A stretch of 64,000 nucleotides of DNA from Octopus sinensis (Eukaryota), in contig NC_043002.1 in NCBI RefSeq assembly GCF_006345805.1, positions 76,446,001 through 76,510,000 of the forward strand, given 5' to 3'. This document shows positions 39,308 through 51,307 of the stretch, one piece after another (the first letter of the stretch is position 1; the number at the start of each line of letters is the position of its first letter). The notes under the pieces were generated by a model that was given only the letters and a program-made list of their open reading frames with translations, had not been told where the DNA came from and made no database searches. Both the position numbers and the translations under genes were made by a program.

Positions 39308-39762
39308 TTGTGTGTCTGTGTTTGTTCCCCACACCATCGCTTGAAACCGATGCTGATGTGTTTATTCCCCCGTAACTTGACGGTTCGGCAAAAGAGACCG
39401 GTAGAATAGGTACTAGGTTCACAAGGAAACTGAAAGAAGTCCGTCGTATATGTATATGTGTGTACACACACACATGTATGTATGTACGAACAGATACACA
39501 CATATATATATATATATATGCGTGTCTTTGTGTCTGTGTTTGTCTCCCCGCTATCACCGTTTGACAACCGGTGCAGGTGTGTTTACGTTCCCGTAACTTA
39601 GCGGTCAGGCCAAAAGAGATCCACTATAAACAGTACCAGGCTTTAAAAAGATAAGTCCTGCAGTCGATTTGTTCTACTAAACCCCTTGAAGGCTTTGCTC
39701 CAGCGTGGCCGCAATGAAATGACTGAAACAAGTATAAGAATATATATATATATATATATATA

Positions 39763-39804
<42 letters not shown>

Positions 39805-39880
39805 GTTTACATATATAAAATATTTTTTAGAATGAGATAGAAAACCAAGGCTGTGAAGATTTTAGAACATTTGTAAATAG

Positions 39881-39928
39881 GTCTTACAGCTCTTTCCGGG
39901 ATATTTTTTATATCCCTTCATCGGAAAC
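39881..39928 (-). ncRNA. Hammerhead motif, GGGATAT/ATATCCC family (degenerate)
   Basis: GTTT-CCGATGA-A-GGGATAT/ATATCCC-G-GAAAG-AGCT-GTA-AGAC. Confidence 0.5.
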
Positions 39929-40347
39929 GGTGTGAGAAAATGGTTAAGCAATAGTTGATTTAGATAAGATATAAAATAGTGAGTGAAGTGGACGAATGAA
40001 AATAGATACGAGATATGCAGAGATATTGCATTTGTAGATCCATTATTTAGGCAGAATTGTATACATATAAGATTCCAATACCTTGTGACTAAATTCCAAT
40101 AGTATTAAAAATTGGTCATTCCAAGTATAAAGTTTGTACACCGTGCTATTGAATCGAGGGTTTATTTAAAGTGACCTAAAGGTAGGGAATCTATTTGTAA
40201 GGTCAAATCGAAAACAGGAAGAGAGAAATAAAGAAAAAAAAAAAGATAAAAGAAAAAAAAAAGGAAAAGCAAGGAGAGAGGTAATAAAGAGATGAAGAGA
40301 AGGAAATTGTACCAGATAGTGGTCAGTCAAGATAGATAGTAGGAATG

Positions 40348-40398
<51 letters not shown>

Positions 40399-40581
40399 TA
40401 ATAAGAAAAGGCGTGTCAGGTATGTAGTGATAGAGCCTAAGTGATAGGGCAGGGCATAGAGATGGGGTAGGGGCAGTAATAAGGTGGAATGAAGAATTTG
40501 AGAATATAGATTAGGTTGGTCAGTGCTTAGTAGTAGAAGAAAATATATATGTGAAGATGTATACAGATGCATATATTAAAC

Positions 40582-40626
<45 letters not shown>

Positions 40627-40628
<2 letters not shown>

Positions 40629-40739
40629 GGAGTAAACACATAAATGTGAAACAAGGTGGAAAAAAGAGTACTCAAATACCAGTGGTAGAGTAATATGCTT
40701 TATTTAAAGCAGCAGAAAATTCAACAGTTTTTGCTAGAA
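40627..40739 (-). mobile_element. PLE terminal-repeat fragment lacking the hammerhead
   Basis: 40627-40726 is identical to 43531-43630; abuts (TA)n. Confidence 0.7.
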
Positions 40740-41125
40740 TGGAACCGATTTGTCAATTATATATATATATACAGATATTTACACATATCAACATCTACAC
40801 ATACAACTCCTACTCATACGAATATGTACATAAGTATACCTATATATACGTTTATCTGTATGTATTATCGCCCCTACACACACATATGCGTGTGTTGCTG
40901 TGTGTGTGACTATGCGCATGCCTGTGTGCATATTAGTTTCAAATCAAATTTTGGCACAAATCCAGCAATTTTGCGAGAGGGTTAGCTGGTTCTTATAATA
41001 TCGATTTCAAAAAGATGAAAAGCAAAGTCGACTTTGGCAAAATTTGAACTCAAAACGTAAAGATGGACGAAATACTGCAAAGCATCTTGCTAACAATTCT
41101 GCCAGCTCACTGCGCTATCTGTGTA

Positions 41126-41669
41126 TATATCAAGCCGCCTTATGTGTTTCTATATTAAACCGCCCTGGGTGTGTATATATTAAACCGCCTTACGTGTGCA
41201 TATATTAAACCGCCTTATACGTGTTTATATTAAACCACCTTATGTGTGTATATATTAAACCACCTTGTATGTGTATATATTAAACCGCCTTATGTGCGTA
41301 TATATTAAACTGCCTTATGTGCGTATTTATTAAACCGCCTTATGTGTGTATATATTAAACCACTTTATGTGTGTATATATTAAGCCACTTTATGTGTGTA
41401 TGTAGTTAACCGCCTAATATGTGTATATATTAAACCGCCTTATGTGTGTATATATTAAACCACCTTATGTCTGTATGTATTAAACCACTTTACGTGTGTA
41501 TGTAGTAAACCGCCTTATATGTGTATACATCAAACCGCCTTATATGTGTATACATCAAACCGCCTTATGTCTGTGTATATTAAAACGGCTTTATGTGTGT
41601 ATATATATATATTAAACCTCCTTATGTGTGTATATATTAAACCACTTTATGTGTGTATGTAGTAAACCG
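41126..41669. repeat. 25-bp minisatellite, about 21 copies
   Basis: Unit tatattaaaccgccttatgtgtgta with point variants. Confidence 0.95.
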
Positions 41670-42261
41670 CATCTCCCATCAAGTAAATGAATACATTTAT
41701 CAAGGCAGATTAAAGTATATTTAATGACAATTAATAAAAACGCCTGTGAATATTTTATGATACATTCTCATTGAAACACTTTAAATAAAGCATTTAGTTT
41801 TATAGAAAACCTCAAACGTATCCTCTTGTTTCAGTACATGTACTTTTACGCTGATCACACCATAGAAATTTTAGTGCACTATTTCAAGCTGAAATTCATT
41901 AATCCTGTCATTACTATATTTCTAATTAAATATGTTGCCTTTTTTTTTATTTTAAAATTTTCAATTTAATTTCGAAACTAATCAAGAATCTAGAGGCACT
42001 AAGTAAAATGATTAACATTTACATATATTTTCTATATTGAACTGTTTTTTGTTTTTTTTTACTGTTTGCTGTATGTATCGTATCACGGTTTTTAGAGTAG
42101 GAAAACTGTGTTCTTACATGTCGTAAGAGGCGATTAAGACGGTTATTTGTAAGAAAGCTCATTTCACTTTAAAACGCTGCCTTCCAGGAAAAAAAAAAAT
42201 TCTTCCAACTCATGCCAGCAAGGAAAACTCAGACGAAAAACATCGACGACGATGATGGTGA

Positions 42262-42288
<27 letters not shown>

Positions 42289-42294
<6 letters not shown>

Positions 42295-42346
42295 AGAAGA
42301 AGAAGAAGAAGAAGAAGAAGAAGAAGAAGAAGAAGAAGAAGAAGAA
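42289..42346. repeat. (GAA)n within GAT/GCA trinucleotide tract
   Basis: Directly visible. Confidence 0.9.
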
Positions 42347-42531
42347 GACGATAATGATGATGATGGTGCTGGCGATGACGACAACGTAGACGATAACGAT
42401 GATGTTGATAATAACGATGATGGCGATGACGACAAATATTGATGATGATAATGATGATGATGATGTCGAAAATGCTGATGATGACAATGACGACGACAAT
42501 GATGATGACGACAATGATGATGACGACAACA

Positions 42532-43145
42532 ATGCTTAGCGGTATTTCGTCTGTTTTACGTTCTGAGTTCAAATTCCGCTGAGGTCGACTTTGCCTTTCA
42601 TCCTTTTCGGGGTTGATAAATTAAGTACCAGTTACGCACTGGGGTCGATATAATCGACTTAATCCATCTGTCTGTCCTTGTTTGTCTCTTCTGTGTTTAG
42701 CTCCTTGTGGGTAGTAAAGAAATAGGTATTTCGTCTGCCGCTACGTTCTGAGTTCAAATTCGACTTTGCCTTTCATCCTTTCGGGGTCGATAAATTAAGC
42801 ACTAGTTGCGTACTGGGGTCAATGTAATCGACTGGCCCCCCTTCCCCATTTCGGGTCTTGTGCATAGAGTAAGAAGAAAAAAAGATAATGATGAAGAATA
42901 TGATGATGATGATGGTGATGTCCGCGATTTAAGTGGTGATCGTAACCTAGCATAAAGTTCTTAGATAAAATTACAATGGATACTCTTTTACTCTTACTTG
43001 TTTCAGTCATTTGACTACGGCCATGCTGGAGCACCGACTTTGGTCGAGCAAATCGACCCTAGGACTTATTCTTGTAAGCCTAGTACTTAATCGACTGGTC
43101 CCTTCGCCACAAAAATTTCGGGCCATGTGCCTAGAGTAGAAAAAA
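42532..43145 (+). mobile_element. SINE family B dimer plus family A 3' fragment (-) at 42985-43085
   Basis: gtatttcgtc restarts at 42542 and 42726. Confidence 0.8.
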
Positions 43146-43493
43146 ATGTTAAATTCTTATAATCCCAAGCTCAAAACCGATGTGGATTTCTTAGCAACTT
43201 AATATAATAATTAATACCATCTAATGAATCGACTTAAATTTCCTAATTTTTCCATTTTAATTTCTCTTATATAAATATCATTTGAAGGTTATCAACACCA
43301 CCTCTTTTGATTTATTAAATTTCATGCAGAAGGGGTTTTAGTAAATATACCTTCCTTATACGTACACACACAAACGCTGACACACATACATATATACATA
43401 CATACACACACATATGCATACAACTATATATCCATATGTATACATGTTTGTATTTAACTCTGTGTGTATGAAATGTTATATATAATATATATC

Positions 43494-43527
<34 letters not shown>

Positions 43528-43530
43528 ATA

Positions 43531-43755
43531 CCGGAGTAAACACATAAATGTGAAACAAGGTGGAAAAAAGAGTACTCAAATACCAGTGGTAGAGTAATAT
43601 GCTTTATTTAAAGCAGCAGAAAATTCAACAAAACCTGTTACTCTGAGTTTCACTTCCCGTTCGTCGGACAGTTTTTTTCTAGCAAAAACTGTCCGACGAA
43701 CGTGAACGTAAAACTCAGAGTAACAAGTTTTGTTGAATTTTCTGCTGCTTTAAAT
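43531..43755 (-). mobile_element. PLE terminal repeat with inverted partial copy
   Basis: Arms 43606-43676 and 43684-43755 are inverted; each holds CTGT-CCGACGA...GAAAC-TCAGA-GTA-ACAG hammerhead-like sequence; (TA)n both sides. Confidence 0.75.
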
Positions 43756-43756
43756 G

Positions 43757-43822
<66 letters not shown>

Positions 43823-43845
43823 TACATACATACATACTACATACA

Positions 43846-43910
<65 letters not shown>

Positions 43911-43912
43911 AT

Positions 43913-43967
<55 letters not shown>

Positions 43968-44164
43968 ATATATACGTATATAAATACATACATACATGCA
44001 TGCATACATCTATATATGCATATATATATGTTTGTATTTATCTGTGTGTATGAATGTATATAGTATAAATATAAATATATATATATAGACATTAATCCTT
44101 CGACCATCACGGGTGTTACGTTCCAAAACCCCATGTGATAGGTCAAAATATTATTATTATTATG

Positions 44165-44310
44165 GTTTGTATATAGCTCCGTAACATTAGCGTTTCGACA
44201 AAAGAGACCGATAAAATAAGTACTAGGCTTACAAACAATAAGTCCTGGGGTGATTTGCTCGACTAAAAGCGGTGCTCCAGCATGGCCGCAGTCAAAATGG
44301 CTGAAACAAA
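44165..44310 (+). mobile_element. SINE family A, 3' fragment
   Basis: gagaccgataaaataagtactaggcttac...gctccagcatggccgcagtc. Confidence 0.8.
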
Positions 44311-44426
44311 AAAAAGATTTAAAAGAATATTTATTTTATTATAAATGGAAAGCAACACCACAGAGGAGTCGACGTAAGATTAAATAATAAACGACGATAG
44401 GCGACCCGCGATATGGCGAGTGATTA

Positions 44427-44478
<52 letters not shown>

Positions 44479-44576
44479 ACGGGAAGCTTTATGAAAATAA
44501 ACAAAAGACGAAGGCAGGTGGAAAACAAACGAACAATTGTATTAGTATGGCGCTCAGGAAATATAAATAAAACAAG

Positions 44577-44614
44577 TCTTTAACGTTTCGAGCCTACGCT
44601 CTTCAACAGAAAGA
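44577..44614 (-). ncRNA. Hammerhead-like motif with CUGUUGA core
   Basis: TCTTT-CTGTTGA-A-GAGC/GCTC-GAAACGTT-AAAGA; also at 45744-45782 (+), 46055-46092 (-), 63471-63506 (+), variant 47254-47289 (+). Confidence 0.65.
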
Positions 44615-44698
44615 TACACAGAGAGAGAAAAACACAGAAAGAAGGAGAGAAAAAAAATGCGTGCAGTAGCTAACGAATCAATATATATATAATATATA

Positions 44699-44945
44699 TA
44701 TATCGGACAAACGGGACGCTGCTTGGCTGACCGGTTCGCGGAAACACCTTCGTGGACATCCACCTTGCGAACGACACACCGGTCTCACGCCATTTCCGCT
44801 CACCGGTCACTCCTTGCAAAACCTATCTGTGTTCAGTTTGTCCTTACACAGAGGCCATCCGGATTCCCGTTTGCGCCTGCAGGTGACAGGAATTAATCTT
44901 CTCTCTTCGCTCTTATACGCCATTTGGTCTCAACTCTTCCCCCTC
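44699..44945 (+). pseudogene. PLE GIY-YIG endonuclease C-terminal half (frameshifted)
   Basis: YIGQTGRCLADRFAE-HLR-DIHLANDTPVSRHF...GHSLQNLSVFSL...QELIFSLRSYTPFGLN. Confidence 0.85.
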
Positions 44946-45926
44946 CTCATCTAACCCCGTTCATCCCTACTCCTCGGCCTTAACTCTATCCCCCTCCTCA
45001 CCTACCTTTCCCGACCCCTACTTTTTCAGTCCTTCATCCTTTCACCCCTACTCCCCTTCTTCTTCCCTCTTTCTCCCACCCCCCTTCCTCTTTCTCACCC
45101 CCCTTTCCTCTCCCCTTCCCTCTTCCCTTCCCTCTGCTCCCTCACCCCTTCTCTCTCCCCTTCTCTCTTCCCCCTCTCCTTTTTCCTCCTTCCTCCTCCC
45201 CTTCCCCTCCCCCCTTCCCCCTCTCCCCCCTCTTCTCACCCTCCCCTATTCTCCTCTCTCCACACTACACCACACGACTTTACAATCACATCATATATGA
45301 TGTGCCATACTAATAATACACAACACACCCTTATACATACTAATACGTACTAACAACATTTAATACATACTAATACTCCAACCCTATACATCACACGTCC
45401 AGACCTCTCATACGCACTTATACTCTCTCATACATACACACACACACACACAACACCTTATACATACTAATACATACTAATACATACACCAACCCTATAC
45501 ATACACACGTCAGACCTCTCATACGCACTAATACTCTCTCTATACACACACACACACACACACCCTTTATGTTGGAGCTGGTCATTCAACCCTATTATCA
45601 ACCCATATATTCCCCTAATTTCGCTCTCGCGTCTCATGTTTGATCTTTGACCTCTGGCCGAAATCAGATCGCCATGTTGATTCGTTAGTTACTGCACGCA
45701 TTTTTTTCTCTCCTTCTTTCTGTGTTTTTTTTCTCTCTGTGTATCTTTCTGTTGAAGAGCGTAGGCTCGAAAACGTTAAAGACTTGTTTTATTTTATTTC
45801 CTGAGCGCCATACTAATACAATGTTTGTTGTTTTCCACCGCCTTCGTCTTTTGTCTATTTTCATAAAGCTTCCCGTTATATATATATATATATATATATA
45901 ATATTATATATATATATATATATATA

Positions 45927-46136
45927 AACGGAAGCTTTATGAAAATAGACAAAAGACGAAGGCAGGTTTACGGAAATAAACAAAAGACGAAGGCAGGTGG
46001 AATACAAACAAACAATTGTATTAGTATAGCGCTCAGGAAAATAAATAAAACAAGTCTTTAACGTTTCGAGCCTACGCTCTTCAACAGAAAGATACACAGA
46101 GAAGAAACAGAAAGAAAGAAAAAAAAATGCGTGCAG
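45927..46136 (-). mobile_element. Third copy of the same PLE terminal repeat
   Basis: Near-identical to 44478-44681, with a short internal duplication (aaacaaaagacgaaggcaggt). Confidence 0.85.
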
Positions 46137-46234
46137 AATATATGAGAAAATAAAAATAAAAACGAACGGGACAGTTTATGCGAACAAGTTCAAGGTTGAG
46201 AGTTCAAGGTTAGAAATGTATAGACGTCGTGGTA

Positions 46235-46282
<48 letters not shown>

Positions 46283-46384
46283 TATATATATATATATATT
46301 ATATATATACACACCAGAGTAATCACATAGATGCGAAACAAGTGGAAAAAAAATGTACTCGATTACCAGAGTTAGAGTAATAGA

Positions 46385-46445
<61 letters not shown>

Positions 46446-46471
46446 ATTATATATATATATATAATATATTA

Positions 46472-46686
46472 TAAAGTTAATCCAAACAAGAAAGCACAAA
46501 AAAAAACAACAACGCGAGGACGTGGGACAAATATAGCATTATTGGACGCTCAGGAAAGAAGGAAAGAAGGAGGGTTTAAACGTTTCGAGCGGAGCTCTTC
46601 CTCAGAAACATAGGAGAAGGAAAGATCCAGAGAGAATGGAAGACAGAGGAAAAAAATCGCCAACGGTACACACGAGGTCACATTTC
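46472..46686 (-). mobile_element. Short PLE terminal-repeat element with hammerhead motif, in (TA)n
   Basis: Homologue of 9932-10141; GTTT-CTGAGGA-A-GAGC/GCTC-GAAACGTT(T)AAAC at 46574-46609. Confidence 0.75.
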
Positions 46687-46731
46687 GTATATATATATAT
46701 TATATATATATATATAATATATATTTATATG

Positions 46732-46841
<110 letters not shown>

Positions 46842-46898
46842 ATATATATATATATATTATATATATATATATGCATATGTGTGTGTGTGTGTGTGTGT

Positions 46899-47190
46899 GG
46901 AGGTACATGGCCTTGTGGTAGAGCAGCGGACTCGCGGTCGAGGGATCGCGGGTTCGAATATCAGACCGGGCGATGTGTGCATTTGTGAGCGAAGCACCTA
47001 AGCTTTACGCGGCCTCGGCAGAAGGTAATGGCGAACTTCTGTTGACTTTTTCGCCATAACTTTCACTCACTCTTTTATACAGCATCTTGCAGCTTACCTG
47101 CGGCGGACGGCGTTCCGTCCAGGTGGGGAACCTATATGACAAGGAAACCGGGAAACGGGCCCTTATGAGCCAGGCATCGTTCGAGAAGGA
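46899..47190 (+). mobile_element. tRNA(Arg)-like SINE, head C + tail 2
   Basis: Head matches 6259; tail cctgcggcggacggcgttccgtccagg...gaaaccgggaaacgggcccttatgag. Confidence 0.75.
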
Positions 47191-47199
47191 GATAGATCA

Positions 47200-47374
47200 T
47201 TAGCCACTACACAGATTTTTTCTTTCCTTGGTTCTCTCCTTGTTTCTGTGTCCCTTTGTGTAGAAGAGCGTAGGCTCGAAACGTAAAAGACTTTCTATTC
47301 CTGAGCGTTATACTAATACATCTGCTTGTTTTGCACACCACCTGTCTTAGTCTTTTGTTTTTTTCGTAAACTCT

Positions 47375-47380
<6 letters not shown>
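47200..47380 (+). mobile_element. Short PLE terminal-repeat element
   Basis: Homologue of 63410-63600; ends in (TA)n. Confidence 0.7.
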
Positions 47381-47417
<37 letters not shown>

Positions 47418-47584
47418 AACTGATAAAATTCGTTGATACTCTTGAGTCTGAAGAGAGCCAACGTGTTTGATTCAAACTGTTTTGATCCATACATGTAACT
47501 CCCCCAAAAAAACTGGTTGAGTGCTCTTCTTTTTTGTCCATTCACTCGTGTATACACCCACCCACACACCCACAGCAACCCCTC

Positions 47585-48872
47585 CCCCACCACATTGAAG
47601 ATATACTTGAAGCCTTGAGAACAATTTCGAACTCTGATGTTATATATTTTGACTTCAGTATAGCGTTCGACAGGGTTGGCCATATCTTAATCTCAAAATT
47701 GGCAAATGTTGGAATCTGTGGAAAACTTCTACACTAGATTAAGTATTTCCAGGCGAATAGAACACAACATGTTGTGGTCGATGGAGTCCACTCAATCCCA
47801 GCAAAAATCACCAGTAGTGTCCCTTAGGGGACTATCTTGGGCCCGATCCTCTTTATAATCTACATAATCGACCTTTCCAGCATCGTAAATCACTGCAAAG
47901 TGAAAATGTTTGCTGATGACACTAAGCTCCAGGAAATCATCAATGAAGAAGACCGAACTCAACTCCAGTCGGATCTATATGCTGTGAGTCAATGGGCATA
48001 CAAAAACAAAATGCAACTAAACGAAGGAAAATTTGAGTTGATGTATTTTGGAAGAAAGACTACACTAAAACAGTCATACCCCATCAGGGGAACCGCTCAC
48101 AGCATCTAACAATATCAGAGATCTAGGTGTAATAGTTGATAACAATCTCACTTGGAGTGTCCACATCAACAATAAGGTTGATATAGCTCGTAGAATGAGC
48201 TCCTGGATCTTATGAGCCTTCAGGTCCAGAGAACAAGATGTCATCATTCCACTTTTCTCCTTCTTTGTACTGCCACACCTCGATTACTGCCGCCCCTTGT
48301 GGTTTCCCCATAAAACTCAAAAACATCTCCAAGATTGAATTACCCCAGAGAGCACTCACTAAACGAATTGAAGGCATCGCTGATCACGATTATTGGGACC
48401 ACCTTAAAGCCTTGAAACTCTACTCTCTCCAGCGCCGCCGTGAGCGGTACATCATTTGAACAATGTGGAGGATATATCACCAGCATTGCCCAAACGACCT
48501 GAACATTAGTTTCAAAGTTCATCCAAGACTGGGACTACGGGTCATACGTCTCCTGCCCAATTCAGGATCGCAACATATAGGTACACTGCGACAGAATTTC
48601 TTTTCCTCAACAGGCCCTGCTCTGTTTAACATTGTCCCAAAGCTGATCAAAGAGGAAAATGATCCCATCACCTTTAAACGGAGTCTGGACGAATTTCTTC
48701 TAGGAATATCAGATAAGACACCTGGATACAACTCAGTCAACAAGAACTAACTACTTGAATTGACCATAATACCACAAAAGTTGACTTAAAAAGGATTTAG
48801 ATAATCCTATCAGGTGGTGCTATTAATTTAGACATGGCTTGGACCAGTCTCTGGTCGAAACATATCTAAGTT
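47585..48872 (+). pseudogene. 5'-truncated CR1-clade LINE (reverse transcriptase and C-terminus)
   Basis: DVIYFDFSIAFDRVGH, VP*GTILGPILF, KMFADDTKL, DLGVIVDNNLTW, LKLYSLQRRRER; stops and frameshifts; 3' hairpin GACCAG-TCT-CTGGTC (48842-48856) then (AC)n. Confidence 0.9.
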
Positions 48873-48939
48873 TACACACACACACACACATATACACAGA
48901 CACATATGTATATGTGTGTCTGTGTGCATATATATATAC

Positions 48940-49165
48940 ACATATGATTGTGTGTGTGTGTGTTTGTGTTTGTGTTTGTCCCTCACTACTGCTTGACCAC
49001 CAATGTCGGTGTGTTTACGTCCCCATAACTTAGCGCCTCGGCATAAATAAGCGATAGCATAAGTACCTGGCCTAATAGATTAGGTTCGAGTCCTTCCACT
49101 AAAAATTCTTCAAGGCGGTGCCCCAGCAGGGCTGCAGTCTAACGACTGAAACAAGGTAAAGATAA
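48940..49165 (+). mobile_element. SINE family A, 3' half
   Basis: gtgtttacgtccccataacttagcg...gactgaaacaagg. Confidence 0.7.
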
Positions 49166-49818
49166 AAAAATAAAAGAATATTTATTTTCTCTCTACTTTT
49201 CTTTTAAGAGAACTTTAAAGTGGACAACATTTGGATGAATGCATGGATTATGTCCCTTTAAATGCTTAGTTCAAATAATGCTGGAGTGGGTTTTGTTTGT
49301 ACAAAGGAAGAATTCAATCTATGTTCTTTATAAATGTTTAGTTCTTGTGAGAAATGTGTTTCTGTGTCTCCTACTCAACAAGTTTATCAATTTCAAAATT
49401 TTCAAATTAAGTAATGCTTCTATTAGGTGCCTTTTTTGTTTCCTGAATCCTGAGGAACAGTGTCGGTCGTAAGAATGCGATATTAGCTATCTTTGGGACG
49501 AGAGAAATCAACAAGAGAAATCTTCGGTGATATTGAGACCCAGCAATTGGAGGGATCTTAGTGGATTCTAGCTGAGTGACACCATGTTTAAAGGGGTGTG
49601 TAGTAAGATATTTTCTAGACATGAATAGCGTTTCTCTTTTCAAAACGCGCAGGTGTGCCACGCGGTATGTCACTTTGACTCTGCTCGAAAAGTACGTGAA
49701 GGGTACATATGTCTATAGAATACTCAGAGAGTTACACGTGAATTCAGGAGTAGGTAGCTCCGTTGAGCGAATAACTCAATACTCACCGTCGAACGACGGA
49801 GATCCAACACCACCAGTG

Positions 49819-49886
<68 letters not shown>

Positions 49887-50009
49887 GTCTGTCTGCCTGC
49901 CTGTCTGTCTGTCTGCCTGTCTGCCTGCCTGCCTGCCTGTCTGTCTGTCTGTCTGTCTGCCTGCCTATCCAACACCACCCTATGATCTATCTATCTATCT
50001 ATCTAGCTG

Positions 50010-50100
<91 letters not shown>
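49819..50100. repeat. (TATC)n/(TGTC)n/(TGCC)n compound microsatellite
   Basis: Two tracts, each preceded by atccaacaccacc (49802-49814, 49967-49979). Confidence 0.95.
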
Positions 50101-50102
<2 letters not shown>

Positions 50103-51290
50103 GGAATTCGGACGACTTGGTAATGATACCAGTCTACTTAAACAAAAGGGTCACGAAAGTCCAAATAAAAAACATACCATTTGATGTCGAAACACAATGG
50201 TTGGTCTCTGCCATCTGCTTTGAAATGTCAGAGACAATGTCAGAGACAAACATCCTGGAAATCGCGGTTCTAGGAGAGAAAGACTATGTGGGCAAATCAA
50301 TCGAATTCCTGCTTCAATTGGATGAAGCAGCAAGAGAGAAGATACCCACCGCTATAGAACTGCCAGGAGGCTACAAACTCTATATAGTGGTAGAGGGCAG
50401 GCGACCACGCTGCTATTTGTGTGGAAGCGAAACACACTTGAAAAAGACGTGCCCAACCACTGCACACAAGAGCAACAACAACAACCACTACCACAACCAA
50501 AGCACTCCGGAAAAAAGCTCTACTACCCACACCACCATCAACACAGAAGACAAGAGAAGCACACCAAGCTAATCCGTCATCAACCAAAAACCACTCGACA
50601 CCTGAAAAATACCAACACCACCATCAACAGCAAAACCCAAAGGAACAGAAAAACAAAGAAAACACACACAAACTGATCCCCCATCCCTTATACCGCACTC
50701 AACACACACAAACACTCAACAACCAACAACAACGAAAACAACAACACAACCACTTACACAGACATACATAGAAGCCCACAACATACCCCTACCCCTTCTG
50801 ATTCCTCAGAAATTTCGTCGGAAGACGAAAGCAGTGAGGAATGGCAAATAGCTACAAAAAGAAGGAAAATAAAGAGCAGAAACACAACCAAACCAAATGC
50901 AAACACGAACAAAGCAGGGGGAAATACATCTCCCGAAGACATTTCAAAACCCAACGCAAACAACAGCCACACCAACACCACAAAAACATATACAGCAAAC
51001 ATGCTCACCGCCATAGACACCAAAAACACAAATTTGATGGAATACATCCAATCAAAACAAACATAACAGAAGATGACATAAAAACAAACAATCACCCATA
51101 CACAACACCACCAGACCACATCAAAATATTACACATCTCCAAAAGTCTGCACCACACACTCAAAGGCATTTTCCCCAGTGCGGTTGGTAAATGCCAAAAA
51201 TATCTCACAAGAAACTGTACTGGGATCTTCTCGAGGACAAACCACGGAGGAGAAAGCAAAAACTTTCGAGCAGTAAGTAACCCTCTGTAT
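50101..51290 (+). pseudogene. Tx1-like ORF1 (gag-like, frameshifted)
   Basis: [23 protein letters not shown] = CX2CX4HX4C at 50411-50452; low-complexity T/N/K/H linker, then basic and acidic patches in shifting frames. Confidence 0.8.
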
Positions 51291-51307
51291 TCTAATTCAT
51301 TAGAACT

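Larger units (their letters stand above)
36258..39735 (+). mobile_element. SINE family A split at its central (TA)n by a PLE
   Basis: 5' half 36258-36415; 3' half resumes at about 39250, followed by a second partial copy from 39424. Confidence 0.8.
44478..45877 (+). mobile_element. 5'-truncated Penelope-like element with inverted terminal repeats
   Basis: 44478-44681 (-) and 45677-45877 (+) are inverted copies flanking a GIY-YIG fragment, a CT-rich tract and a ~115-bp tandem duplication. Confidence 0.85.

Noticed and set aside
41126-41669. CRISPR-like appearance of a regular array
   Set aside because: Units are contiguous with no unique spacers; eukaryotic context, no cas genes.
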